A stretch of 64,000 nucleotides of DNA from Alphaproteobacteria bacterium UBA998 (GCA_002291925.1 DBAY01000057.1:5194-69193); one strand, 5' to 3'; shown: positions 43,209-52,564, counted from the stretch's first letter. Notes: generated by a model not told the origin, from the sequence alone. Translations and numbers: made by a program.

Positions 43209-43532
43209 ATGGGTTTCAGGTTTCGTAAATTTTTTCGAGTCATTCCCAGCGTAAGAATAAACCTTAGCAAAACTGGAACTAGCATTTCAGTTGGAAGGCC
43301 TGGCGCTACCGCCAATGTTAGCCGCAAAGGTGTGCGTACAACTTTCGGCCTGCCCGGTAGTGGTCTCTCTTACTCACGTTACAAATGCTATAAAGACATT
43401 CTTGATAACAAAAACTCCCCTCAAGAGAAGTCATTGCTAAACAACAATGAGCCAAGAAACGATGTAATGTTTCTAATCGTTCTGGTCGTGCTCGGGGTTT
43501 TCCTTTTCGTTGCCTATCTAAGTTCACGCTAG
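43209..43532 (+). CDS. DUF4236 domain protein with C-terminal transmembrane segment
   Basis: MGFRFRKFFRVIPSVRINLSKTGTSISVGRPGA is the DUF4236 signature. The gene is AT-rich. The start was moved downstream of the clpP terminator. Confidence 0.65.
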   Translation: MGFRFRKFFRVIPSVRINLSKTGTSISVGRPGATANVSRKGVRTTFGLPGSGLSYSRYKCYKDILDNKNSPQEKSLLNNNEPRNDVMFLIVLVVLGVFLFVAYLSSR

Positions 43533-43557
43533 CAGGCACTATTTTATACGATTTTTT

Positions 43558-43669
43558 GTCATTCCAGCGAAGGCTGGAATCCAGAGGGCGCTGGCCGCGC
43601 CTTGTGCCGTTTTATCTTGCGCTGGATTCCCGGTCTGCGTTCGGCTGTGCCTCACTTGCCGGGAATGAC
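43558..43669. repeat. GTCATTCC...GGAATGAC palindromic repeat unit (type C), copy 1
   Basis: GTCATTCCAGCGAAGGCTGGAATCCAGAGGGCGCT...GCGCTGGATTCC...CCGGGAATGAC. Close copies lie at 48842..48953 and 57096..57187. Confidence 0.85.
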
Positions 43670-43681
43670 AAGGGGGGGCAA

Positions 43682-45049
43682 TCAGCTAATATGCCGCTCA
43701 ATGCACTCGATCATCTGGCCGGCAATATCTTCGCCGGTCACGGTCTCAATACCCTCCAGCCCCGGTGAGGAGTTGATTTCCAGCACTTTCGGCCCGCTGC
43801 TACTGCGGATGATGTCGACGCCGGCGACCTTCAGCCCCATGATGCGGGCGGAGCGGATGGCCATGTCCTGCTCTTCCTGCGTCACCTGAACGATGGAGGC
43901 GGAGCCCCCAAGATGCAGGTTGGCGCGGAACTCGCCCTCGGCGGCCTGACGCTCCATCGAGCCGACCACCTTGTTATCGATCACGAAGCAGCGAATGTCG
44001 CGGCCCTGCGCTTCCTTGATGAATTCCTGCACGAGGATGTTGGCTTGCAGGCTCTTGAAGGCGTTGATGACGGATTCCGCCGCCTTACTAGTTTCCGCCA
44101 GCACCACGCCGCGCCCCTGCGTGCCTTCCAGCAGCTTGATGACCAGCGGCGCGCCGCCGACCATCTTGATGAGGTCCTTTGTATCCAGCGGCGAGTTGGC
44201 GAACCCCGTCACCGGCATGTCGATGCCTTGCTCGGCCAGCATCTGCAGGGAGCGCAGTTTGTCGCGCGAGCGGGCGATGGCGGCAGCGTCGTTGAGGCAG
44301 AACACGCCCGCCGATTCGAAATGCCGCGTCACCGCGCAGCCATAGAAGGTCATGGAAGGGCGCAGACGGGGGATGACGGCGTCCACTTCCTCCAGAATCT
44401 CGCCGCCGCGATAGTGAATCTTCGCCTCGGCGGCGTTGATGTTCATGTAACAGTATTTCACGTTCACGAAGCGCATTGTGTGGCCGCGCGCGGCTCCTGC
44501 CTCGATGAGGCGCTGGTTGGAATAGAGGTTCGGGTTGCTGCCCAGCACGAGGATATGCAGCCCCTTGCGGCTGACGCGCTTGGATTCGTAAAACCCCGCC
44601 GCCTTGGTGCCGCTCATGCGGCCGAGCATAAACCCGCGCTCCGGGTCGACGATGAAGCGGCCCACCATCGCCTCGCGGCCGAGCAGCATGCGGTAGCCCA
44701 TCGGGTCGCGGTTGGTGAGGGTGATTTCGATGTCCCACGATTGCGCGCCCAGCTGCACGCGGGTGGCAATCACCGGACGCTGCTCCAGATGCCCGCTGGA
44801 GGATCGCACCTCGCGCCGCTCAATGAGTCGCGCCTCGCAGCGCTTGACAATCTTGCGGTTGGCCTGGATGGGATGCACATCAAAGCGTACCCACGGCACG
44901 CCTTTTTTGTCGAACACCTGAATGTTAAACGCGTGCAAGGATGACGTTTTGGCCCCTGAATCCACCCGCGCCTTCACCGCGGGCAGCCCGAGCTCTGGCA
45001 GCACGCACCATTCCTCGCTGCCGATAATGATCTTGTCAGTGGTGCTCAC
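43682..45049 (-). CDS. rimK: RimK-type ATP-grasp ligase fused to an N-terminal retropepsin-like (RimB/DUF785-type) domain
   Basis: The N-terminus reads [32 protein letters not shown]...[10 protein letters not shown]. The C-terminal ATP-grasp part reads [10 protein letters not shown]...[13 protein letters not shown]...[11 protein letters not shown]. Confidence 0.85.
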   Translation of the reverse strand: MSTTDKIIIGSEEWCVLPELGLPAVKARVDSGAKTSSLHAFNIQVFDKKGVPWVRFDVHPIQANRKIVKRCEARLIERREVRSSSGHLEQRPVIATRVQLGAQSWDIEITLTNRDPMGYRMLLGREAMVGRFIVDPERGFMLGRMSGTKAAGFYESKRVSRKGLHILVLGSNPNLYSNQRLIEAGAARGHTMRFVNVKYCYMNINAAEAKIHYRGGEILEEVDAVIPRLRPSMTFYGCAVTRHFESAGVFCLNDAAAIARSRDKLRSLQMLAEQGIDMPVTGFANSPLDTKDLIKMVGGAPLVIKLLEGTQGRGVVLAETSKAAESVINAFKSLQANILVQEFIKEAQGRDIRCFVIDNKVVGSMERQAAEGEFRANLHLGGSASIVQVTQEEQDMAIRSARIMGLKVAGVDIIRSSSGPKVLEINSSPGLEGIETVTGEDIAGQMIECIERHIS

Positions 45050-45115
45050 GCGTTTCTCCCTGTTCTGGGAGCAGGTTGTAGAGAAGGGAGGTGGGAATGC
45101 AAGAGGGTTTTGCCG

Positions 45116-45192
45116 TGGCGGACCCGAGACGATTCGAACGTCCGACCTTTGCCTTCGGAGGGCAACGCTCTATCCAGCTGAGCTACGGGTCC
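45116..45192 (-). tRNA. tRNA-Arg (anticodon CCG)
   Basis: The reverse complement is GGACCCGTAGCTCAGCTGGATAGAGCGTTGCCCTCCGAAGGCAAAGGTCGGACGTTCGAATCGTCTCGGGTCCGCCA. Confidence 0.9.
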
Positions 45193-45350
45193 GCATGCGT
45201 AGGGGGCAGTTATAGACAAGCCGGGGCAGGGGGACAATAACATAATGCCAGGCGAACCTCCCGGTTTTTAGCGCCGGGAGGGCATCAGACGGCTGGATAG
45301 CCAATGCAGACAGCGCTAAGACCATTAAACCAACATAAGAAGCCCTGCTC

Positions 45351-47489
45351 ATGCCCGCTGCCGTGTCCGCCGCTTCCGAGAATCTCCAGAGCCTGGCCGA
45401 GGAGAAATCCAGTTCGTATCGCCGCATCAAGCGGCTGCTGGCGCGAGGGGAGGGGCCGCTTGGCTTCCTGCGCCGCCATCCGGACAGCAACAAGCAAGGG
45501 GTAAGCGCCACGGTGCGCGAGATTCAGCAGCAGCTGGAGCCAGTGGCGGAGTATATCAGCAACACCTGGTGGAAGCTAATCCGCACGCATGAGCATCTCT
45601 ATCTCGGCGCGACCTATGACGAGAAAGTGCCAAACTGCAAGCCGCTGCTCTATATCTCCGCAAAAGAGGACGAGGCGCGGGTGTGCGCGGAGCTGGAAAC
45701 GGCCCGGCACAATCTGGTGACGCTCCTGCGCGAGGTGAATGCGCTGCGCGAGAAGGGATATCTCTATAATTTCATTGTAAGCTGCCTTGAGGACGATTTC
45801 GACAAATCCATCGCGCGGGCCATCATCGAGAAGAATATCCGCAGCGAGGCGGACCTGCCCGCCATCGAAATCCGCCGCCTGCCGCCGATGGGCGAGCCGT
45901 TTGACCTGGCGGACGATGAGCATGGCTTGCTCTATGTGCCCAAGCCCTACATCGTGCCCGGCCCGCGCTTCGACGAGATGTATAACTGGGACACCGCGTT
46001 CCTCGTGAGCGGGCTGTTGCAGGACGAAAAATTCGAGCTTTCCAAGGATCTGGTGGATAATTTCCTCTACCAGATTGAGCATTACGGCACGATCACCAAC
46101 GGCACGCGCACCTATTATTACGACACCTACAAGCCCCGCTCCCAGCCGCCCTTGTTGACCGGGACCATCGTCGGCGTGTTCCTCAATTATCACCGCCTCA
46201 CGGACCCGGAGCCTGCCAATGCCGCCGAATGGCTGGAGCGCGCGGCGACGCTCTCGGAGGCCTATCACCGCCATTGGATGACGCCCCCGCATTACCATGC
46301 GGAAAGCGGCCTCTCCATGTTCAGCTCGCATCTGCCGACGCCCGGCTACGAGGTGATTCACAGCGAGCCGCGCCATTACAGCGAGGCACTGCGCCAGCTG
46401 CAGGCGATGTATGAGGAGCATGCGGCCACCCTCGCCGAGATGGCCACCATCCGTGATGCCACGGCGCTGGATGACTATATCTGCGCGTTGCCATACCAGA
46501 CCCGCAAGGACCTTTACTATCTCGAGCGCTTCACCGTACGCGATGAGTCAGGCCGCCCCATCGGACTGAACGACGATTTCTACAAAGGCGACCGCGCCAT
46601 GCGGGAAACGGGCTTCGACCCCTCGCGCCGTTTCGGATTCTTCAACGTCAACGTGCTGAACTATCTGCCTGTCTGCCTCAGCTCGCTGCGGGTGAAGATG
46701 GAGGACGACATCGCGTGGATGTACGGCCAGCTGGAGCAGCTCGTGCCCGAACGCATCAGCGAGTGGCTTGAAAAGCAGGCCTACTGGCGCGGCATGGCCG
46801 ACCGCACGCAATCGCTCATCAATGAATGGCTGTGGGATGAGGGCACCAAGCCGCATGACAGCGTGGGCAAGAAAACCGGGCCATTGCCGCCGTGCTACCG
46901 CGACCGCAACATCAGCCACGCGCTGTGCAGCAAGTACCATATTCCTGCTTTCCGCGATTATGACTTTATCACCTCGCTCTACCCGCTCTGGGTCGGTGTG
47001 GCCTCCGGCGAGCAGGCGGATGCGACGGTGCGTTATCTCATTCCGCGCCTGAAGACCTCATGGGGCATCATGACCTCCAGCCGCGAGACGGGCAGCCAGT
47101 GGGACAGGCCGATGATGTGGGCGCCACTGGTCATCATCGCCGTGGAAGCGCTGGAGCGTTACGACTATTACCAGGAAGCCTTCGACATCGCGGTGGGCTT
47201 CCTGCGCACGCTGATTCAGGATTTCAGCCTCACCGGGAAGCTCTACGAAAAATATAACGGCCTCACCGGCACCTCCGGCACGTCGCATCTTATCGACAAG
47301 GGCTACAGCGCCAACGTGGAGGGCTTCGGCTGGACCAACAGCGTGGCGCTGGAGCTTTCCCGCGCCATCGAGCGGCTGAAATACAAGATGCGCAATGAAG
47401 CGGTGCCCGCGGATCTCGACATGCCCGTGACCACCACGGTGGTGCGTACCGAGGGCCTCTCCCGTCCCGGTAAGACGCTGACCGCTTGA
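45351..47489 (+). CDS. trehalase-family glycoside hydrolase (GH37-like) with long N-terminal extension
   Basis: PGPRFDEMYNWDTAF and QWDRPMMWAPL resemble the two GH37 trehalase signatures. 712 aa with no signal peptide. Confidence 0.75.
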   Translation: MPAAVSAASENLQSLAEEKSSSYRRIKRLLARGEGPLGFLRRHPDSNKQGVSATVREIQQQLEPVAEYISNTWWKLIRTHEHLYLGATYDEKVPNCKPLLYISAKEDEARVCAELETARHNLVTLLREVNALREKGYLYNFIVSCLEDDFDKSIARAIIEKNIRSEADLPAIEIRRLPPMGEPFDLADDEHGLLYVPKPYIVPGPRFDEMYNWDTAFLVSGLLQDEKFELSKDLVDNFLYQIEHYGTITNGTRTYYYDTYKPRSQPPLLTGTIVGVFLNYHRLTDPEPANAAEWLERAATLSEAYHRHWMTPPHYHAESGLSMFSSHLPTPGYEVIHSEPRHYSEALRQLQAMYEEHAATLAEMATIRDATALDDYICALPYQTRKDLYYLERFTVRDESGRPIGLNDDFYKGDRAMRETGFDPSRRFGFFNVNVLNYLPVCLSSLRVKMEDDIAWMYGQLEQLVPERISEWLEKQAYWRGMADRTQSLINEWLWDEGTKPHDSVGKKTGPLPPCYRDRNISHALCSKYHIPAFRDYDFITSLYPLWVGVASGEQADATVRYLIPRLKTSWGIMTSSRETGSQWDRPMMWAPLVIIAVEALERYDYYQEAFDIAVGFLRTLIQDFSLTGKLYEKYNGLTGTSGTSHLIDKGYSANVEGFGWTNSVALELSRAIERLKYKMRNEAVPADLDMPVTTTVVRTEGLSRPGKTLTA

Positions 47490-47566
47490 TATCCATCAAG
47501 GGGATTTCCATTGACGGCAGATAGGATGCTCAGTATGTCACTGAGAATCATTATCAGGATGTTGAT

Positions 47567-48811
47567 ATGTTCTCGATTAGCCTTGCCGTTGCCAGTCTTG
47601 TCAGCCTGATCGCGCTGCCGGTGCTGGCGGCCCCGTCCGCTTCTCAGCCGCAAAACCGTTACGCGCTGGAGGTGTTCCACGCGAACGACGCGCAGTACCA
47701 GCCCTCGCTGGGCGTGGAAAAGCCGTTCGTCAATGCGTGGGGCATCGCCATCCGTCCCAAAGGGGCGGGCGGGCATTTCTGGGTCACCGCGAAGGATATC
47801 AGCTATGAATATGTCGGCGATGTGCGGGCCTCGGCGGATGAGAAACTGCGCCCGATGCATCAGGACGAGTTGAAAATCGTGAAGCTGCCGGTGGGGGGAG
47901 CGGACAAGTTCGCCACGGGCACCGTCTTCTCCGGCAGTGACCGGAACTTCACCATCACGCAAGAGATTTCCGGCAAGGAGCCCATCACCGCCCCCGCCAA
48001 ATTCCTCTTCGCTAGTGACGGCGGCATCATCTCCGCCTGGACGGAGCGCAAGCTGCCGGATGGCAGTTTCGATCGTTCCGGCGAGGCCATCACGGTCATT
48101 GATCAGTCGAAGCAGGGCGCGCAATTCTTCGGAATCGCGGTCAGCCATGATTACAGCCGCCTCTACGCCGCCGATTTCGGCCGCAAGCCGGCCATCAAGG
48201 TATTTGACGGGCAGTTCAGGCCGCTCGATATCCGCTTCGACCAGCCCTTCGACATTAACAAGGATGGCGACGTGGAGCCCGGCGAGTTCGCGCCCTTCAA
48301 CGTGCAGGCACTCACCACACCTGCAGGTGAAAACCACCTCTTCGTCACCTATGCGCGCACGCGTGCCTGCCCTGACAAGGCCGTAACCGAAGGCGATTGC
48401 GCGGCAGGCCAGATTTATCCGGGCGAGGAAGACAAAACCGCAGGCGCGGGCAGGTTGGCCGAATTCACCGAAGACGGCAAGCTGGTGCGCGTGTGGCCGG
48501 ATGATCGCCACCTCACCGCGCCCTGGGGCGTTGCTTATGCCCCGGCGAATTTTGGCAAGCTCTCCAACGCGCTCCTCGTCGGCAATTTCGGCGATGGCAC
48601 CATTGCCGCCTTTGATGCCAAAACGCACGCGTTCATCGATGTGCTGCGCGATGCCGAGGGCAACCCCTTTGCGCTGGAAGGGCTGTGGGGCCTGCTGTTT
48701 GGCAATGGCGAAGGCCTGGGCGATACCAATGCGCTTTACGTAGCCGCCGGTCCGCAGGATGAGGAAGACGGTGTGTTTGGCGCGCTTCGTCCCGTGACGC
48801 AGGCTCCTTAA
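47567..48811 (+). CDS. TIGR03118-family secreted beta-propeller-like protein
   Basis: Signal peptide. NAWGIAIRP...FWV, APFNVQAL...LFVTYA, LTAPWGVAYAPANFG...LLVGNFGDGTIAAFD and EGLWGLLFGNG match the family pattern as I recall it. Confidence 0.7.
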   Translation: MFSISLAVASLVSLIALPVLAAPSASQPQNRYALEVFHANDAQYQPSLGVEKPFVNAWGIAIRPKGAGGHFWVTAKDISYEYVGDVRASADEKLRPMHQDELKIVKLPVGGADKFATGTVFSGSDRNFTITQEISGKEPITAPAKFLFASDGGIISAWTERKLPDGSFDRSGEAITVIDQSKQGAQFFGIAVSHDYSRLYAADFGRKPAIKVFDGQFRPLDIRFDQPFDINKDGDVEPGEFAPFNVQALTTPAGENHLFVTYARTRACPDKAVTEGDCAAGQIYPGEEDKTAGAGRLAEFTEDGKLVRVWPDDRHLTAPWGVAYAPANFGKLSNALLVGNFGDGTIAAFDAKTHAFIDVLRDAEGNPFALEGLWGLLFGNGEGLGDTNALYVAAGPQDEEDGVFGALRPVTQAP

Positions 48812-48841
48812 GCTGAGGGCATTAGCCCAATTCACAATCGT

Positions 48842-48953
48842 GTCATTCCAGCGAAAGCTGGAATCCAGAGGGCGCTAGCCGCGCATGAGGCATTCTTTGT
48901 TTTGCGCTGGATTCCCGATCGGCGCTCGGCTGCGCCTCACTGGTCGGGAATGA
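48842..48953. repeat. GTCATTCC...GGGAATGAG palindromic repeat unit (type C), copy 2
   Basis: Near-identical to 43558..43669 over both arms. Confidence 0.85.
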
Positions 48954-49002
48954 GAATGTTTTATAGCACCTTGATCTTACAAACTTTGATTTCATCATTT
49001 TT

Positions 49003-49054
49003 AATGAGAATGAGTTGCATCTTTCGGCTGTTTTCGATAGAATGAAAATCGTTC
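49003..49054. promoter_or_regulatory. two candidate Fur-box-like AT-rich sites upstream of bfd
   Basis: AATGAGAATGAGTTGCATC (49003..49021) and GATAGAATGAAAATCGTTC (49036..49054) partly match GATAATGATAATCATTATC. The match was made by eye and was not scored. Confidence 0.25.
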
Positions 49055-49076
49055 GCATGTGCTGCCCGAAGGATTT

Positions 49077-49259
49077 ATGTATCTCTGTATCTGCAATTGC
49101 CTGAAAGAAAAGGACGTCTGCTCCGTTGCGCAGGGATCGCGCACGGTGAGCGAGGTGTATAAAAAGCTTGGCTGCCAGCCCCAGTGTGGCAAGTGCGTCA
49201 GCTTCGTGCGCGAGCATTATCTTTCGAAGTCGCGACAAACTTCTGCAGTTGCGAATTAA
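49077..49259 (+). CDS. bfd: bacterioferritin-associated ferredoxin
   Basis: MYLCICNCLKEKD...CGKC is the BFD-like [2Fe-2S] motif. The start was placed at the internal ATG of ORF 49059..49259. Confidence 0.8.
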   Translation: MYLCICNCLKEKDVCSVAQGSRTVSEVYKKLGCQPQCGKCVSFVREHYLSKSRQTSAVAN

Positions 49260-49333
49260 TCGCCCTCTTTTTGCTTGAAACAGGCGCGCGCTGACACGTA
49301 ACGTAGCGTCGACTGAAATTTACGGAGGGTTCC

Positions 49334-49798
49334 ATGGCCACCAGTGCCGACGTCGTCGCCGCGCTCAACCTGATTCTGAAAAACGAGCTGACGGCTATCA
49401 ACCAGTATTTCCTGCATTCGCGCATGCTGCGCCACCTCGGCTATCAGAAAATGGCGCAGAAGGAATACGAGGAATCCATCGACGAGATGAAGCACGCCGA
49501 CCGCATCATGGAACGCATCTTCATGATCGGCGGCCTGCCTAACCTGCAGGACATCGGCCGCCTGATGATCGGCGAGAACCCCATCGAGATCGTCGAGTGC
49601 GACTACAAGCTGGAACTGGTGGTGCTGGAAGACCTCAAGAAAGCCCACGCCGTCTGCGAGGAAGCCAATGACCGCACGACGGTTAACCTCGTAGAAGAAA
49701 TCCTCGCCAGCGAAGAGAAGCACATTGAGGAACTGAAAGCCCAACTCGGCCTCATCAAGGCGATGGGTGAGCAGAACTATCTGCAGTCGCAGGTGTAA
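49334..49798 (+). CDS. bfr: bacterioferritin
   Basis: LNLILKNELTAINQYFLHSRM...EESIDEMKHAD are bacterioferritin motifs, including the haem-ligand Met region. Confidence 0.9.
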   Translation: MATSADVVAALNLILKNELTAINQYFLHSRMLRHLGYQKMAQKEYEESIDEMKHADRIMERIFMIGGLPNLQDIGRLMIGENPIEIVECDYKLELVVLEDLKKAHAVCEEANDRTTVNLVEEILASEEKHIEELKAQLGLIKAMGEQNYLQSQV

Positions 49799-49839
49799 GC
49801 TAATAAAATTTTCACCATTGCTATCTATGGTGGAAATAT

Positions 49840-50961
49840 ATGCTGCGCGCTTGGACGATAGGCGAGAGAATTCCATCCATTATTGGCCGGACAGGATCTC
49901 GCGATAAATTTCATTTCGATACGATGGCTGGGCGCTACATCGTCCTGTGCCTGGTTGGTTCAGCAGGCATTGAAAAGAACGCCGAGGCGCTCAGGCATAT
50001 GATGAGTCATCGCTTCGATGATACGTTCTCTTCCTTTTTCGCGGTCAGCATAGACCAAGGCGACGAGGATCATAAAAGGTTAGGAGATCGAGAGTCGGGC
50101 GTACGGACCTTCTGGGACTTCGATCATCGCATCAGCTTGACACTGGGAGCGATGGACGCACCCGCACCGGGGCAAGCGGTCAGCTATATGCCCTCGACGC
50201 TCATCCTCGACCCCAACTTGCGCGTGATCGCACATATTCCTCTGAAGGACTCTGCCCAGCACAACGCTCTATTTGACCTGACGATGGCGGCGCTGAGGCC
50301 TGTCAATGATTATGCCGGTGTCCCAATCCATGCGCCTGTCCTGGTCGTCCCCCATGTGTTCGAGCATGAATTCTGCCGCAAGCTTATTGATGAGTATCAG
50401 CGCCATGGCGGGCAGGATTCTGGCTTCATGCGTGAAGTCAATGGGAAGACCGTCGGCGTCTATGATTACAGCTTCAAGCGCCGCAGTGACTATTTCTTCG
50501 ATCAGGATAATGAAATGACTGATCAGGTACGCCGCAGAATTGTCCGCCGGCTTTTACCAGAGATAAAAAGAGCTTTTAGCTTCGAGGTTACCCGTATGGA
50601 GCGCTATGTCGTCTCCTGCTATGAAAGCGAAACCCAAGGCTTCTTCCGCCCGCACCGTGATAATACTACACCGGCAACAGCACATCGCCGTTTCGCATGT
50701 TCCATTAATCTCAACGCGGAAGAATATGAGGGTGGCGATCTGCGCTTTCCCGAGTTTGGCACCCATACCTATCGCCCCCCTACCGGCGGGGCGGTGGTGT
50801 TCTCATGCACGCTCCTGCATGAGGCAACGCCAGTCATAAAAGGGACGCGATATGCCTTCCTGCCTTTCTTCTATGATGAGGCCGCTGCCAAGATCCGTGA
50901 AGAAAACCTTGCGCATCTCAGCAGCGACGTCATCGATAACAGAACAGCTGGCGCGGCTTAG
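49840..50961 (+). CDS. fusion of a redoxin-like (AhpC/TSA-fold, no obvious CxxC) N-domain with a 2OG-Fe(II) oxygenase C-domain
   Basis: The C-domain carries the HxD...H...R triad pattern: FFRPHRDN, LLHEATPV and GTRYAF. The N-domain has a thioredoxin-fold-like strand pattern (GRYIVLCLVGS...STLILDPNLRVI). The gene is AT-richer. Confidence 0.65.
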   Translation: MLRAWTIGERIPSIIGRTGSRDKFHFDTMAGRYIVLCLVGSAGIEKNAEALRHMMSHRFDDTFSSFFAVSIDQGDEDHKRLGDRESGVRTFWDFDHRISLTLGAMDAPAPGQAVSYMPSTLILDPNLRVIAHIPLKDSAQHNALFDLTMAALRPVNDYAGVPIHAPVLVVPHVFEHEFCRKLIDEYQRHGGQDSGFMREVNGKTVGVYDYSFKRRSDYFFDQDNEMTDQVRRRIVRRLLPEIKRAFSFEVTRMERYVVSCYESETQGFFRPHRDNTTPATAHRRFACSINLNAEEYEGGDLRFPEFGTHTYRPPTGGAVVFSCTLLHEATPVIKGTRYAFLPFFYDEAAAKIREENLAHLSSDVIDNRTAGAA

Positions 50962-52535
50962 AAGCGCAGCACTTTCGCCTGTTTCACGTTCGGCAGCTTG
51001 GCGACCTTGTCAACGAGGGCGCTGTCGATTTCCTGATCAACCTCGATGAGCGCCACGGCGTCATCATGGCCTTCGTTACGGCCGAGCTGGAAGTTGGCGA
51101 TGTTCACCTTGTGCTCACCCAGCAGCGAGCCGACGCCGCCCACGAGACCCGGCTTGTCCTCGTTATGCACGAAGAGCATGATCGGGCCGAGTGAGGCTTC
51201 CAGCTTCACGCCATGCAGGTCCACGATCCGCGGCGCTCCAGCGAAGACGGTGCCCGCGATGGTGCGGGTGCGCTTGTCAGTGGTGACAGTGACACGCATC
51301 AAGCTCTGGTAATGGCTGGAGAGGCTGTCGCGCTTGGTTTCGCTGATCTCGATGCCGCGCTCGCGGGCGATGACCGGCGCGTTGACCATGTTCACGGATG
51401 CGATCTGCGGCTTCAGCAGGCCTTCCAGCGCCACGGCGGTGAGCGGCTTGGTGTTCAGCCCGGCCACACGGCCTTCATACTCGATGACCACGGACTTTAG
51501 CCCCGTCTCGATGAGCTGGCCCGCGAAGCTGCCGAGCTTGCCCGCGAGTTCCAGATAGGGCTTCAGCTTCTTTGCATCTTCCGCCGAGACAGAGGGCATG
51601 TTGATGGCGTTGGTAACGGCGCCGTTCACAAGGAAATCAGCCATTTGTTCCGCCACCTGCACAGCGACGTTCTCCTGCGCTTCTGTGGTGGAGGCGCCGA
51701 GGTGCGGAGTGCAGACGACGTTTTCCAGCCCGAACAGCGGATTGCTCTCGGCGGGCTCCTTCTCGAACACGTCAAGCGCCGCCCCGGCAACATGACCGGA
51801 TTCGATGGCATCCTTCAGGGCGCATTCGTCAATCAGGCCGCCACGGGCGCAGTTGACGATGCGCACACCTTTTTTGCACTGGGCCAGCCGTTCCTTGTTG
51901 AGGATGTTGCGGGTGGAATCATTCAGCGGTGTGTGTAAAGTGATGAAATCGGCGCGCTTCAGCAGGTCATCCAGTTCCACTTTTTCCACGTTCAAATCGC
52001 GGGCACGCTCGGCGGAGAGGAAGGGATCATAGACCACCACCTTCATCTTCAGCCCCTGTGCGCGGTCGGCGACGATGGAGCCGATATTGCCGCAGCCGAT
52101 CATGCCCAGCACTTTGCCATACAGCTCAACGCCCATGTATTTGTTCTTCTCCCACTTGCCCGCATGTGTGGAGGCGTTGGCCTGCGGAATCTGGCGGGCC
52201 AGCGCCATCATGAGGGAAATGGTATGCTCGGCGGTGGTGATGGAGTTGCCAAACGGCGTGTTCATTACGACGACACCACGCCCGGTGGCAGCGGGCACGT
52301 CCACGTTATCGACGCCAATACCGGCGCGGCCGATAACTTTCAGGTTCTTCGCCGCGTCCAGAATCCGTGGGGTGACCTTGGTGGCGGAGCGGATGGCGAG
52401 GCCATCATAGTCGCCGATGATCTTAATTAGCTCATCCGGTGCAAGGCCGGTTTTCACGTCCACTTCGACGCCACCCTGCTTGAAGATGTCAATCGCCTGC
52501 GGGCTGAGTTTGTCGCTAATGAGAACTTTGGGCAT
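50958..52535 (-). CDS. serA: D-3-phosphoglycerate dehydrogenase
   Basis: GMIGCGNIGS NAD motif and a C-terminal ACT domain. 525 aa. Confidence 0.9.
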   Translation of the reverse strand: MPKVLISDKLSPQAIDIFKQGGVEVDVKTGLAPDELIKIIGDYDGLAIRSATKVTPRILDAAKNLKVIGRAGIGVDNVDVPAATGRGVVVMNTPFGNSITTAEHTISLMMALARQIPQANASTHAGKWEKNKYMGVELYGKVLGMIGCGNIGSIVADRAQGLKMKVVVYDPFLSAERARDLNVEKVELDDLLKRADFITLHTPLNDSTRNILNKERLAQCKKGVRIVNCARGGLIDECALKDAIESGHVAGAALDVFEKEPAESNPLFGLENVVCTPHLGASTTEAQENVAVQVAEQMADFLVNGAVTNAINMPSVSAEDAKKLKPYLELAGKLGSFAGQLIETGLKSVVIEYEGRVAGLNTKPLTAVALEGLLKPQIASVNMVNAPVIARERGIEISETKRDSLSSHYQSLMRVTVTTDKRTRTIAGTVFAGAPRIVDLHGVKLEASLGPIMLFVHNEDKPGLVGGVGSLLGEHKVNIANFQLGRNEGHDDAVALIEVDQEIDSALVDKVAKLPNVKQAKVLRF

Positions 52536-52564
52536 TGCAGATAGTCTCCATTTTTATTGTTTCT

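Noticed and set aside
43556-43889. Short ORFs translating as [11 protein letters not shown]... and similar, plus the N-terminus [22 protein letters not shown] of listed ORF 57123
   Set aside because: They are read-through translations of the type-C palindromic repeats. The same peptides recur wherever the repeat occurs.
45240-45275. Hairpin CCTCCCGG-TTTTTAGCG-CCGGGAGG as a terminator
   Set aside because: The T-run is in the loop rather than 3' of the stem on either strand, and the hairpin lies between a tRNA and the start of the trehalase gene.
47303-48835. 510-aa minus-strand ORF opposite the TIGR03118-family gene
   Set aside because: Antisense shadow. The plus-strand protein has a signal peptide and family motifs.
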